IMG/VR virus record: IMGVR_UViG_3300016674_000129
Coordinates: 1 to 25,496 of that record
Origin: a virus
Taxonomy: Duplodnaviria > Caudoviricetes
DNA length: 25,496 nt
Reading direction: 5' to 3' (one strand)
This document shows positions 10,099 to 19,132 of this stretch, in pieces. Below the pieces are notes generated by a model. The model was not told the origin of the DNA. It was given only the letters and a program-made list of their open reading frames with translations, and made no database searches. Position numbers and translations under genes: made by a program. Positions within the stretch are counted from its first letter, which is position 1. The number at the start of each line of letters is the position of its first letter.

Positions 10099-10124
10099 AT
10101 TATTTCAAAATCGGAAATTAAACA

Positions 10125-10529
10125 ATGATACTAAGATTTAATTTAACGGTATTGGAGGAATGTACAGCATGTGATCCGGTAGCAATGGTAGGTGCATTAC
10201 AATATTGGAATGATAGAGTTCTAGTCCCTTCAAAAAAACACGGCAAGCACTATAAAGCTTTGCCAAAATCATTAGTAGGAGATAGCTATTTACTAAATCC
10301 TAATCCTCTATTTAGTTGTACAAATGATCTGACCCATAAAGCGCAGTATATACGCTTAGCTGGAAGACGTAACTACTACAACTATAAAGCATTTGGAACT
10401 AAGCACTTAGATCTAACAGACTACTTCGACTTAAACATAACTGCAGTTAAATATAATCCACTGCTAAAAATAACAGATAACAAAATATATTTCATATTTG
10501 AGGAAAATTATGGCAATCTCGTTCGGTAA
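10125..10529 (+). CDS. Conserved T5-like hypothetical protein preceding the SSB
   Basis: ORF directly after the promoter, with L.G.S.L.NP, QYI.LAGRRNY..Y and NPLL...I.F.FEE segments. Syntenic with the T5 gene before D11. Confidence 0.75.
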   Translation: MILRFNLTVLEECTACDPVAMVGALQYWNDRVLVPSKKHGKHYKALPKSLVGDSYLLNPNPLFSCTNDLTHKAQYIRLAGRRNYYNYKAFGTKHLDLTDYFDLNITAVKYNPLLKITDNKIYFIFEENYGNLVR

Positions 10530-11148
10530 TACTAAAGGCAAAGCACAATCTAACAAAGTTGATACCTACTCTTATAAGGATGGTGAAAACTCTGTACGTC
10601 TTATTGGTGGCGTTCTCCCACGTTACGTTTATTGGGTTAAGGGGACTAATAACAAAGACATTCCTATTGAGTGCTTGGCATTTAACCGTGAAAAGGAAAA
10701 GTTTGATAATCTTGAAAAAGACCATGTTCAAGAATACTTCCCTGATATCAAGTGCTCTTGGAGCTATGTAATCAACTGTATTGATCCTAGTGATGGCAAA
10801 GTTAAAGCACTAAACCTGAAAAAGAAGCTTTTTGAGCAGATTCTTACTGCCGCAGAAGATTTGGGTGATCCTACAGATTATGATACTGGCTGGGATGTAG
10901 TGTTTAAGCGTGTTAAGACTGGCCCATTAGCATATAATGTAGAGTACCAGCTTCAAGTTCTTCGTTGCAAGCCGCGTTCTTTATCAGATGCTGAACGTCA
11001 ACTTGCCGATGCTGAAAAGACTATTGACGAGAAATATCCTCGTCCTACTTCCGAAGAAGTAAAAGCTCTACTGGAAAAGATTTCTAGTACGGATGACGAA
11101 CAAAACGATTCTAACGATCAGGAAGCCGTTAACGAATTAGGTAACTAA
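10510..11148 (+). CDS. D11: ssDNA-binding protein, T5 D11-like
   Basis: VRLIGGVLPRYVYW, LKKKLFEQI, DLGDPTD..TGWD, KTGPL..NVEY and an acidic C-terminal tail. GAGGA ribosome binding site before ATG 10510. Confidence 0.9.
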   Translation: MAISFGNTKGKAQSNKVDTYSYKDGENSVRLIGGVLPRYVYWVKGTNNKDIPIECLAFNREKEKFDNLEKDHVQEYFPDIKCSWSYVINCIDPSDGKVKALNLKKKLFEQILTAAEDLGDPTDYDTGWDVVFKRVKTGPLAYNVEYQLQVLRCKPRSLSDAERQLADAEKTIDEKYPRPTSEEVKALLEKISSTDDEQNDSNDQEAVNELGN

Positions 11149-11155
11149 TATAAAT

Positions 11156-11189
11156 AGCCCCATAAGTTTAATACCTATGGGGCTTTTTT
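11156..11189 (+). terminator. Rho-independent terminator after D11
   Basis: agccccata / tatggggct stem followed by a T run. Confidence 0.88.
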
Positions 11190-11201
11190 ACCTGGAAAAT
11201 C

Positions 11202-11390
11202 ATGGACTATAAAAAACTTAAACTTTCTAGCGTGTCTGATATGGTTGATAACCTAATAAATACCATTACAGATGCTAATGAGGGTTTAAACAGGACGTAT
11301 ATAAAAAGTATCAACGCAACAAAAACATTTGAGACAGTTAATATTACAGTATCAAAGTACGAAATAGAAATTATCAGGATAAATTCATGA
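11202..11390 (+). CDS. Small hypothetical protein (62 aa)
   Basis: GGA before the ATG and ATGA coupling to D12. Confidence 0.6.
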   Translation: MDYKKLKLSSVSDMVDNLINTITDANEGLNRTYIKSINATKTFETVNITVSKYEIEIIRINS

Positions 11391-12340
11391 AAGTACTATT
11401 TACAGCAGATATACATATAAAGTATGGTGCAAAAAATGTGCCAGTAGATTGGGCAAAAAATAGATATAAGATGCTGTGGGAAGCGTTAGAAAAACAACAA
11501 GAAGTATGTGATCTATTTATTATAGGTGGAGATACCTTTGATAAGCTTCCTAATATGGAAGAACTAGAAGAATATTTTAATCTTATAGAACACTGCATTA
11601 TACCAACGGTTATAATCCCAGGTAATCACGAAGCTCTGAAGAAAAATACTACTTTTATGACTAATCTTAAAAAGGCTACTAGCCGTATTAATGATTTAGT
11701 AATGATTGTGGATGACTTTGAGACGCTAGATGGAATTGATTATATACCATATAATAAATTAAAAGAATACACTACAGGTGGTGTTGATTTTGATGGCGAC
11801 ATTCTAGTAACACACGTTAGAGGAGAGATTCCACCACATGTTAAACCAGAAGTTGATCTTAGCATATTTGATAGGTGGAAAGTGGTTCTCGCCGGTGACT
11901 TGCATAGCTACGATAATTCTCAGCGTAATATACTATATCCCGGATCTCCAGTTACTACATCCTTCCACCGTGGAGAGGTTGATACAGGGGTTATCATTCT
12001 TGATACTGATACGTTGGAGCATGTTTGGGTAAAGCTAGACATGCCGCAGCTAATAAGAAAGACTATCGGTATTAACGACCCTAAACCGCAGACACCTTTC
12101 CATCATACAGTATATGAAGTTGAGGGTAGTCTTGATGAATTAGCAGGACTTGAAGATAATACGTTAGTATCTAAAAAAGTTACTAAGAGAGATACAGACT
12201 CGGCACTAATACTAGATCCGGAAATGTCTATATCTGATGAAGTTCGTGAATATTTAACATATATTCTACAACTTAATGAAGATACTATAAATAACGTAAT
12301 GCATGAACTACAGAATAACTTAAGTAAGCTAGAACAATGA
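11387..12340 (+). CDS. D12: SbcD/Mre11-like metallophosphoesterase nuclease, T5 D12-like
   Basis: ADIH, GGDTFD, PGNHE, THVRGEIPPH, GDLH, YPGSP. Confidence 0.93.
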   Translation: MKVLFTADIHIKYGAKNVPVDWAKNRYKMLWEALEKQQEVCDLFIIGGDTFDKLPNMEELEEYFNLIEHCIIPTVIIPGNHEALKKNTTFMTNLKKATSRINDLVMIVDDFETLDGIDYIPYNKLKEYTTGGVDFDGDILVTHVRGEIPPHVKPEVDLSIFDRWKVVLAGDLHSYDNSQRNILYPGSPVTTSFHRGEVDTGVIILDTDTLEHVWVKLDMPQLIRKTIGINDPKPQTPFHHTVYEVEGSLDELAGLEDNTLVSKKVTKRDTDSALILDPEMSISDEVREYLTYILQLNEDTINNVMHELQNNLSKLEQ

Positions 12341-14133
12341 TTAAATTAAAAGAACTACGTTGGTCTAATGCGTTTTCATACGGTGAGAATAATTCCGTAT
12401 CTTTTATATCAAGCCCACTTACGCAGATTTTGGGTAAGAATGGACACGGAAAAAGTAGTATAGCACTAATATTGGAAGAGGTATTATTTAATAAGAACTC
12501 TAAGGGAACTAAAAAAGGCGATGTATTAAATAGGTACGCTAAAGCAACCAAGTACTCAATAGAACTGGATTTTGACAAAGGATCAGATTCTTATACTATT
12601 AAGACTACTAGAGGTGCAACTCAAACAGTAAAGCTAATTAAAAATAGCGAAGATATTAGCGCACATACATCTACTGCAACTTATAAGATTATAGAAGATA
12701 TTATTGGTTTTGACCATAAAGCCTTTACACAAATTGTGTATCAAAGCAGTCCAGCTAGTCTAGAGTTTCTAACAGCTACTGATACAAACAGAAAAAAATT
12801 CTTCATAGAACTATTAGACTTAGAAAAATATAGTAAAGCGTCAGACCTATTTAAAAATATTAATGCAGCACTTACTAAAGAGTTTTCTGCTGCTGAGGCC
12901 GAGTTCAATACTATTGAGTCTTGGATCAATAAATATAAAAACTATGACTTATCTGAACACCCTATTTGTGAAGTACCAGTATTAGAAGAAGCTATACTAG
13001 CTAAGAAGCTTGAATTAGATAATTCAATAGCTAATATTGCAAAGACTAATAAAGCAATTACTCAGAATAATACATATATTAGTCTGCAAAATAAGATTAA
13101 CTTACTACCAGTACCTAAGAAGCCTTCCGAGACTTCTACAAAGTACAGTAATGAAATAATAGAACACAAGAAAACTATAAAAGATAGTACCTCTTTTATA
13201 GATAAAATGAAGCAGTTGCATGGTACATGTCCAACCTGTCTACAGCAAATAGACGATAATAAAGTAGCAACACTAATTGATGAAAAACAACAATTAGTTA
13301 GTGAGTCTACTGCTCTTATAAAAGAGTTATCAACCAAAGTAGATGAAATTGAGGCAGCAACAAAAGCATATAACGACGCCAGTAAGTCCCAGGAAGATTG
13401 GGAGAAGTATCATACATTAATTGACGTCAATATGCAAAAAGAACTCCTAGACAAGGAGTCTTTAGAAAATGAAGTGGCTACACTACAGTCTAAAATAGAC
13501 AATACAAAATCTGCTATTAAAGATGCAGAAGCGTTTAATACTAAAGCTAGTAAGCATAATGCAACTATAGGGGTTATATCTAAGCAACTGTCCGAGTATG
13601 CTGATGAATTAGATAAAGTGTCAGCCAAAGTAAAGAGTCTAAACGATAAAATAGCTATACTAAATATACTAGTAAAGACCTTTAGTACTACAGGATTAGT
13701 AGCATATAAAATAGAGTGCCTTGTAAAAGACTTACAGGAAATTACTAATGAATATCTATCAGATATGGCAGATGGTAGGTTCCAGATCTCTTTTGAAATA
13801 ACTACCAGCGATAAATTAAACGTAGTAGTTACTGATAATGGGAAAGATATTGACATATCTTCACTATCAAACGGAGAAAGAGCTAGAGTTAATGTATCTG
13901 CGCTATTAGCTATTAGAAAACTTATGCAGTCTTTATCTAATAATAAGATAAACCTACTGATTCTTGATGAAACTGTAGAGGCTCTAGATATTGATGGTAA
14001 AGAAAAGCTAGTAGAAGTACTACTTAAAGAAGATAGTTTAAACACTTTCCTAATTAGTCATGGGTTTACTCACCCACTACTAGAAAAAGTTAGTGTAGTT
14101 AAAGAAAATAACATATCTCGGATAGAGGTTTAA
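12337..14133 (+). CDS. D13: SbcC/Rad50-like SMC ATPase, T5 D13-like
   Basis: Walker A GKNGHGKSS, coiled coil with a CPTC zinc hook, signature LSNGE, Walker B LLILDE, ISH. Confidence 0.94.
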   Translation: MIKLKELRWSNAFSYGENNSVSFISSPLTQILGKNGHGKSSIALILEEVLFNKNSKGTKKGDVLNRYAKATKYSIELDFDKGSDSYTIKTTRGATQTVKLIKNSEDISAHTSTATYKIIEDIIGFDHKAFTQIVYQSSPASLEFLTATDTNRKKFFIELLDLEKYSKASDLFKNINAALTKEFSAAEAEFNTIESWINKYKNYDLSEHPICEVPVLEEAILAKKLELDNSIANIAKTNKAITQNNTYISLQNKINLLPVPKKPSETSTKYSNEIIEHKKTIKDSTSFIDKMKQLHGTCPTCLQQIDDNKVATLIDEKQQLVSESTALIKELSTKVDEIEAATKAYNDASKSQEDWEKYHTLIDVNMQKELLDKESLENEVATLQSKIDNTKSAIKDAEAFNTKASKHNATIGVISKQLSEYADELDKVSAKVKSLNDKIAILNILVKTFSTTGLVAYKIECLVKDLQEITNEYLSDMADGRFQISFEITTSDKLNVVVTDNGKDIDISSLSNGERARVNVSALLAIRKLMQSLSNNKINLLILDETVEALDIDGKEKLVEVLLKEDSLNTFLISHGFTHPLLEKVSVVKENNISRIEV

Positions 14134-14134
14134 T

Positions 14135-14566
14135 ATGATTAAAATAGAAAAAATGTCCAAAGATGCTAAGGCATCCATTAAACGAGTCACAGTATCTGGG
14201 GAATCAGAAATAGGCTTGTATGCAGGCATGTTAATGAGTCTCAAAGAATTAAGTACATTAAAAGTACTTTCTGGATCAGTAACATACAGTATAGACGAAA
14301 TGGAGATTATTACACAACATGCAAAACCTAATGTTAACACTACTAATGTATCTGATAGTGTATCCAATGTATCTAATAGTATCAATACCATTATCACTAA
14401 TAGTAATAGTAGTGATCCTAGCACTAGTCCTACTAGCGCTATTAGTAGTAGCGTTAGTGACGGTACTGCTGATCTGTCTAATGCCGGCAATAATATTAGC
14501 GGGAATACTGAAACTATTCCTAAAAAGGTTGGAAGAAGTATTGGACGTACAGTAAAGGCTAAGTAA
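14135..14566 (+). CDS. Hypothetical protein with a Ser/Asn/Thr-rich low-complexity region and a basic tail
   Basis: GAGG ribosome binding site, 1-nt gap from D13 and TAATG overlap with D14. Confidence 0.7.
   Translation: MIKIEKMSKDAKASIKRVTVSGESEIGLYAGMLMSLKELSTLKVLSGSVTYSIDEMEIITQHAKPNVNTTNVSDSVSNVSNSINTIITNSNSSDPSTSPTSAISSSVSDGTADLSNAGNNISGNTETIPKKVGRSIGRTVKAK
14345..14386 (+). repeat. Imperfect 21-nt tandem duplication inside the low-complexity ORF
   Basis: aatgtatctgatagtgtatcc / aatgtatctaatagtatcaat, encoding NVSDSVS / NVSNSIN. Confidence 0.5.
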
Positions 14567-15021
14567 TGGTTGATTCTAGAGCTAAAGGCGCTAGAATCGA
14601 GTCTGATGTAAAAAAGAAGTTAAAAGAATTAACTGGACTAAGTTGGGAGAGAGTGCCTGGATCAGGTGCTCTTGACCCTAAACATCAGCTAAAGGGGGAT
14701 TTATATATACCTGGCGAAGGCAATATCTATTGTACTGAGGTAAAAGGATATAAAGATGACCATTTGACTAGTGCTATATTAACTAGCATAAACCCTCAAC
14801 TATTAGAGTTTTGGGAACAGGCAGTAAGACAAAGTTGTCAAACGAATAAAATACCGCTCTTGATTTTTAAATTCGATCGTAGTAAAATATTTGTTGGATT
14901 CGAGAAAAAACCAGTAAATCCAGCATTAGATTATATGTTCATAAATGTCAAGGGGTGGGAACTTTACGTAGCTTTATTAGATCAATGGATAGCATTAGAG
15001 AAGCCTAAATTTATAAAATGA
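14566..15021 (+). CDS. D14: PD-(D/E)xK nuclease, T5 D14-like (putative Holliday junction resolvase)
   Basis: SRAKGARIE, RVPGSGA, KGD, EVK, W.Q, PLLIFK.DRS. Confidence 0.88.
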   Translation: MVDSRAKGARIESDVKKKLKELTGLSWERVPGSGALDPKHQLKGDLYIPGEGNIYCTEVKGYKDDHLTSAILTSINPQLLEFWEQAVRQSCQTNKIPLLIFKFDRSKIFVGFEKKPVNPALDYMFINVKGWELYVALLDQWIALEKPKFIK

Positions 15022-15845
15022 AAACATTTAAAGAAATTACTGAGACACATAATACCTTGATGATTGTAGACGGTCTAAACCTAGCTTTTAGATATAAACA
15101 CGGTAAGGTTAGAGATTTTGCTACCGACTATATTAGGACAGTTCAAAGCCTACAAAAATCATATAAGGCTTCAAAAGTTATTATTGCTTGTGATAAAGGA
15201 AGTTCCTCGTTTAGAAAATCTATTTATCCTGAGTATAAGCAAAATAGAAAAGATAAGTTTGATAATCAAACAGAACAAGAAAAGCAAGAGTTTGAAGAGT
15301 TCTTTAACGATTTCGAACAAACTATGGAATTATGTGCAGAACAGTTTGAAGTTCTGCGGTACCAAGGCGTAGAGGCCGATGATATTGCTGGGTACTTAGT
15401 ATCTAAACGAAAGTCTCTTGGGTTTGATAATATTTGGCTAATTTCTTCTGATAGAGACTGGGACCTATTACTTAGTCCATATGTACACAGATTTAGTTAT
15501 GTGACTAGAAAAGAGTATTCTCTAGAGAATTGGGGTGAACATTACGACTTTTCACATGATGACTATATGTCAATTAAGTGTCTAATGGGTGACTCTGGGG
15601 ATAATATTATAGGCGTACCGGGAGTAGGTCCAAAACGTGCACAATCTTTAATTGAAGAGTATGGTAGCGTTTTTGATATTATTCAGGCAATACCGCTTCC
15701 GGGCAAATATAAGTATATTGCAGCAATTAATGATAGTGCTGATTTATTAGAGTTAAACCATAAGTTAGTAGATATTGAGACTTTTTGTGACGAAGCAATT
15801 GGCGAAGCCAATATTAAAGATATTAACGAAAGACTAGGATTATGA
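15018..15845 (+). CDS. D15: Flap endonuclease / 5'-3' exonuclease, T5 D15-like
   Basis: IVDGLNLAFR, YKQNR, EADD, SSDRD, GDSGDNIIGVPGVGPKRA. Confidence 0.95.
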   Translation: MKTFKEITETHNTLMIVDGLNLAFRYKHGKVRDFATDYIRTVQSLQKSYKASKVIIACDKGSSSFRKSIYPEYKQNRKDKFDNQTEQEKQEFEEFFNDFEQTMELCAEQFEVLRYQGVEADDIAGYLVSKRKSLGFDNIWLISSDRDWDLLLSPYVHRFSYVTRKEYSLENWGEHYDFSHDDYMSIKCLMGDSGDNIIGVPGVGPKRAQSLIEEYGSVFDIIQAIPLPGKYKYIAAINDSADLLELNHKLVDIETFCDEAIGEANIKDINERLGL

Positions 15846-16288
15846 GCCATATTGTAAAACTATATGTAGACACGAACTATGATATTACTATTCCAGTATA
15901 TGCTAAGGAAGGTGATTCAGGAAAAGATGTACGCGCGAAACAAGACTACGTTATTAGACCGGGTGAAACTACTATTGTAGGAACTGGACTATACTTAGGT
16001 ATTCCATCGTATGCAGAAATCCAAGTACGTCCTCGTAGCGGTTTATCTTATAAGACTAAGTTGCGTATAGCTAATAGTCCGGGTACAGTAGATTCTAACT
16101 ATAGAGAAGAACTAGGAATCATTGTAGATAATATTGGCGAAGATGAAATTCGTATTAAAGCTGGAGATAGAATTGCACAGATTGTGCTAGTACCAGTTCT
16201 GCAGTTTGATTGGTCAATGGTTGATACTAAAGAAGCTTTAGGTACGACTGAACGTACTGGCGGTTTTGGGTCTACAGGTATTGAATGA
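15842..16288 (+). CDS. dut: Trimeric dUTPase
   Basis: SGKD, PRSG, GTVDSNYR, GDRIAQ, RTGGFGSTG. Confidence 0.96.
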   Translation: MSHIVKLYVDTNYDITIPVYAKEGDSGKDVRAKQDYVIRPGETTIVGTGLYLGIPSYAEIQVRPRSGLSYKTKLRIANSPGTVDSNYREELGIIVDNIGEDEIRIKAGDRIAQIVLVPVLQFDWSMVDTKEALGTTERTGGFGSTGIE

Positions 16289-16482
16289 AAAAGTCATTAT
16301 ATGCTATTGGATATGAGTGGCCTGATGGATCATTAGGATTTTATACACTGTTAGGCGGAGAAATACTGCACAGTACCAAAAAAGATGCGTTGGAAACACT
16401 AGACTATGTAAAACGTACTAACTCTAGTGCTAGCAAAGAATATAAACTATTTAAAGTAAAATTAAAGGAAGTTATTGAATGA
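16285..16482 (+). CDS. Small hypothetical protein (65 aa)
   Basis: ATGA overlaps with both dut and nrdJ. Confidence 0.65.
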   Translation: MKKSLYAIGYEWPDGSLGFYTLLGGEILHSTKKDALETLDYVKRTNSSASKEYKLFKVKLKEVIE

Positions 16483-18500
16483 CAGTAAGTACACGAGCAC
16501 AAGTAATTACCCGTAGAACATATAATCGACCACTTAATGAAGATGGAACGGAGTTTGAAACATGGGAACAGACAGTAAACAGAGTTATTAAGCACCAACG
16601 CTTCTTATGGGAACGTGCTAAAACAGCGACCATTCTACGCGATGTTCCTCTACATGATGTGACCGAGGATTTGGAAGAGTGGCAGACGCTTAACGGCAAT
16701 GAACTCGCAGAACTAGAAGAACTTAGGCAGTTGTTGATTAGTCGTAAAGTTGCAGTAGCCGGCAGAACATTATGGCTAGGTGGTACAGATATCTCTAAGC
16801 GTCGCGAAGCTAGTATGTTTAACTGTAGTTTTACTAATGTTGAAACAATTTATGATGTTGTAGACGTATTTTGGTTACTACTTCAAGGTTGTGGTGTTGG
16901 TTTCCGCCCAGTAGCAGGATCGCTTACCGGATTCAGACAATATATCCCAGAACTAGAAATTAAGCGTTCTAGAAACTCTACGATTAAGGGTCGCGAGGAA
17001 AACTTAGAGTCTTGGGATGATGAAACAAATACTTGGACTATTAGTGTTGGCGACTCTGCCGAAGCTTGGGCCAAGTCTATCGGAAAACTATTAGCAGGTA
17101 AGTATCCAGCTAAAAAGCTAGTATTGGAGTTTTCCGAGATTCGTAAAGCAGGTATTAGACTTAAGAATTACGGTTGGCTATCTCAGGGTGATGTAGGTAT
17201 TGCTAAAGCCTATACCAAGGTATTTAATATTCTTAATTCCAAAGCTGACAGTATTTTGTCAGAGATGGATATTCTGGATGTTATCAACCTATTGGGCACG
17301 GTATTGTCAACTCGCCGTAGTGCACAGATTGCAGTAATGGACGATCACAATCCTAGCGTATTTGATTTTGCGGATGCTAAAGCAGGTATGTGGGAAAATG
17401 GAAATGACCATCGTAGTCAGAGTAATAATTCTATTATTTTCTGGAAGCGTCCTGCATATGATGATCTATATGCTTGGTTTGACAAAATTAATCAAGGTGG
17501 TAATGGAGAACCCGGTCTAATTAATGGGCAGCAAATGAAAGCTCGCGCTCCATGGGCTGTTGGGCTTAACCCTTGTGCTGAAATTCTATTACCTAACAAA
17601 GGTTTCTGTAACTTAGTTAGTATCGATTTGTTGAAGTTCCGCAATGACAATTTAGGATTACTTCGTGCTGCTAAAGTTATTGCAAGAGCTAACTATCGTC
17701 AAACTGTAGTAGATTTCCGTGACGGATTATTGCAAGAATCTTGGCACTTAAATAATGAACATCTTCGTTTATGCGGTGTGTCACTAATGGGTGTGGCAGG
17801 TCGTACAGATATGAAGGCTTATGATTATCGCAGATTAGAGCGTACTATTACTACTGCCGCATACTCTATGGCTAAAGACTTAGGCCTACAGTATCCTAAG
17901 AATGTTACCAGTATTAAACCAGAAGGTACTCAAAGTAAGTGTTATGACTCTCTAGAGGGTATGCATAAGCCTCTAGGAAAGTATATTCTTAATAATGTTG
18001 CATTTAGTAAGTACGATCTATTAGTAGATAAACTTCGTGATGCTAATTATAATGTATTTAACCATCCATACGATGATTCAGCAACACTTGTTACTTTCCC
18101 AGTAAAGAATGATGGTGTTGATTTCGATATTGTTGACGGTAAGGAAGTTAACCTAGATTCTGCTGTTCAGCAACTTGAGTCGTATAAGATGCTGATGGAT
18201 AGTTACTGTCAGCAAAATGTAAGCTGTACTATTTCATATTCTCCAGAAGAAACTCCTGAAATTGTCAAATGGTTGCACGATAACTGGGATAGTTATGTGG
18301 CTGTTAGCTTCTTGTTTAGAAATGATCCAAGCAAGACCGCAAAAGACTTAGGATACCCGTATCTTCCACAAGAAGTTACTACTAAAGAGATTTATGAAGA
18401 GTATATTCGTAACCTATTACCAGTAGATCTAGATTCCGCTAATTCTTTTGAAGAGTTAGCTATGGATGATTGTGCTGGTGGAATGTGTCCAATCAAATGA
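16479..18500 (+). CDS. nrdJ: Class II (adenosylcobalamin-dependent) monomeric ribonucleotide reductase
   Basis: RRTYNRP, GRTLWLGGT, FNCSF, G.GVGF, RRSAQIA, NPCAEI (thiyl Cys), FCNL, KPEGT and a C-terminal CAGGMCPIK redox pair. No Tyr-Tyr pair at the C-terminus and no adjacent beta subunit. Confidence 0.92.
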   Translation: MTVSTRAQVITRRTYNRPLNEDGTEFETWEQTVNRVIKHQRFLWERAKTATILRDVPLHDVTEDLEEWQTLNGNELAELEELRQLLISRKVAVAGRTLWLGGTDISKRREASMFNCSFTNVETIYDVVDVFWLLLQGCGVGFRPVAGSLTGFRQYIPELEIKRSRNSTIKGREENLESWDDETNTWTISVGDSAEAWAKSIGKLLAGKYPAKKLVLEFSEIRKAGIRLKNYGWLSQGDVGIAKAYTKVFNILNSKADSILSEMDILDVINLLGTVLSTRRSAQIAVMDDHNPSVFDFADAKAGMWENGNDHRSQSNNSIIFWKRPAYDDLYAWFDKINQGGNGEPGLINGQQMKARAPWAVGLNPCAEILLPNKGFCNLVSIDLLKFRNDNLGLLRAAKVIARANYRQTVVDFRDGLLQESWHLNNEHLRLCGVSLMGVAGRTDMKAYDYRRLERTITTAAYSMAKDLGLQYPKNVTSIKPEGTQSKCYDSLEGMHKPLGKYILNNVAFSKYDLLVDKLRDANYNVFNHPYDDSATLVTFPVKNDGVDFDIVDGKEVNLDSAVQQLESYKMLMDSYCQQNVSCTISYSPEETPEIVKWLHDNWDSYVAVSFLFRNDPSKTAKDLGYPYLPQEVTTKEIYEEYIRNLLPVDLDSANSFEELAMDDCAGGMCPIK

Positions 18501-18691
18501 ACCCACAAGAAACTAATATTAATATCAATGTAACTGTTCAAGAACTAGAGTTAATAGCTAATGCATTAAGCGAGTTGCCATATAAAGTATCTAAACAAGT
18601 TATAGATAAATTAACTATCCAATATAATATGTTTGTACAGGAGCAAATGCCTCCACCACCCACTAAACCTGTAGGAGTTCCAGATGCCTGA
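18497..18691 (+). CDS. Small hypothetical protein (64 aa) with a Pro-rich tail
   Basis: ATG 18497 overlaps the nrdJ TGA. Helical core ELELIANALSELPYKVSKQVIDKL. Confidence 0.7.
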   Translation: MNPQETNININVTVQELELIANALSELPYKVSKQVIDKLTIQYNMFVQEQMPPPPTKPVGVPDA

Positions 18692-19094
18692 TAATTGTCC
18701 TGTATCATCAATATATCCAGAAGTAAATATAGCAAACCACCTAACGTGCATAAGGCTTGCTAACCTAGGTCCTGCGGACCCAAGAGAGCCTAATCATATT
18801 TTCTGGAATGATAAAATGATTAAGTGGCGCGTCAAAGAAGGTGAAGCTAGAACTAGGTTGTGCTATAATTGCGAAGAATACGATGCTTCACCAGAGGTAT
18901 TAGATTGTCTAGCGAAAGGTCCGGGTGGTTCAGTGAAGGCTTCTGATATTGACCCTACTTGGGCTGACATTGATGGCATGCCAAGCGGTAACTGCCTTCG
19001 TTGGAATATCACTTGTTCTGCTTTAAGAACTTGTGACGATTGGGAGCCAATCCTAGAAGATGACGAAGAAGATATGATGGAAGCAGAGATGTAA
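18684..19094 (+). CDS. Cys-rich putative metal-binding protein with an acidic tail
   Basis: AGGAG ribosome binding site, 8 Cys including CYNC and C-x6-C-x5-CDDW, ending just before the terminator. Confidence 0.75.
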   Translation: MPDNCPVSSIYPEVNIANHLTCIRLANLGPADPREPNHIFWNDKMIKWRVKEGEARTRLCYNCEEYDASPEVLDCLAKGPGGSVKASDIDPTWADIDGMPSGNCLRWNITCSALRTCDDWEPILEDDEEDMMEAEM

Positions 19095-19097
19095 AAG

Positions 19098-19132
19098 AAA
19101 AGCCCCGTATACTTAGTATACGGGGCTTTTTT
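19098..19132. terminator. Bidirectional Rho-independent terminator between convergent transcription units
   Basis: aaaagccccgtatac-tta-gtatacggggctttt, a perfect stem with an A run on the left and a T run on the right. Confidence 0.93.

Noticed and set aside
14080-14490. Very hydrophobic antisense ORF (136 aa), and the alternate-frame ORF 14319-14555, resembling membrane proteins
   Set aside because: The Leu/Val runs are by-products of the agt/act/aat repeats in the S/N/T-rich sense gene, which has the ribosome binding site and coupling to both neighbours.
5972-18500. Inteins or introns in pol, helicases or nrdJ
   Set aside because: All ORFs are continuous, of normal length, with normally spaced motifs and no intein terminal signatures.
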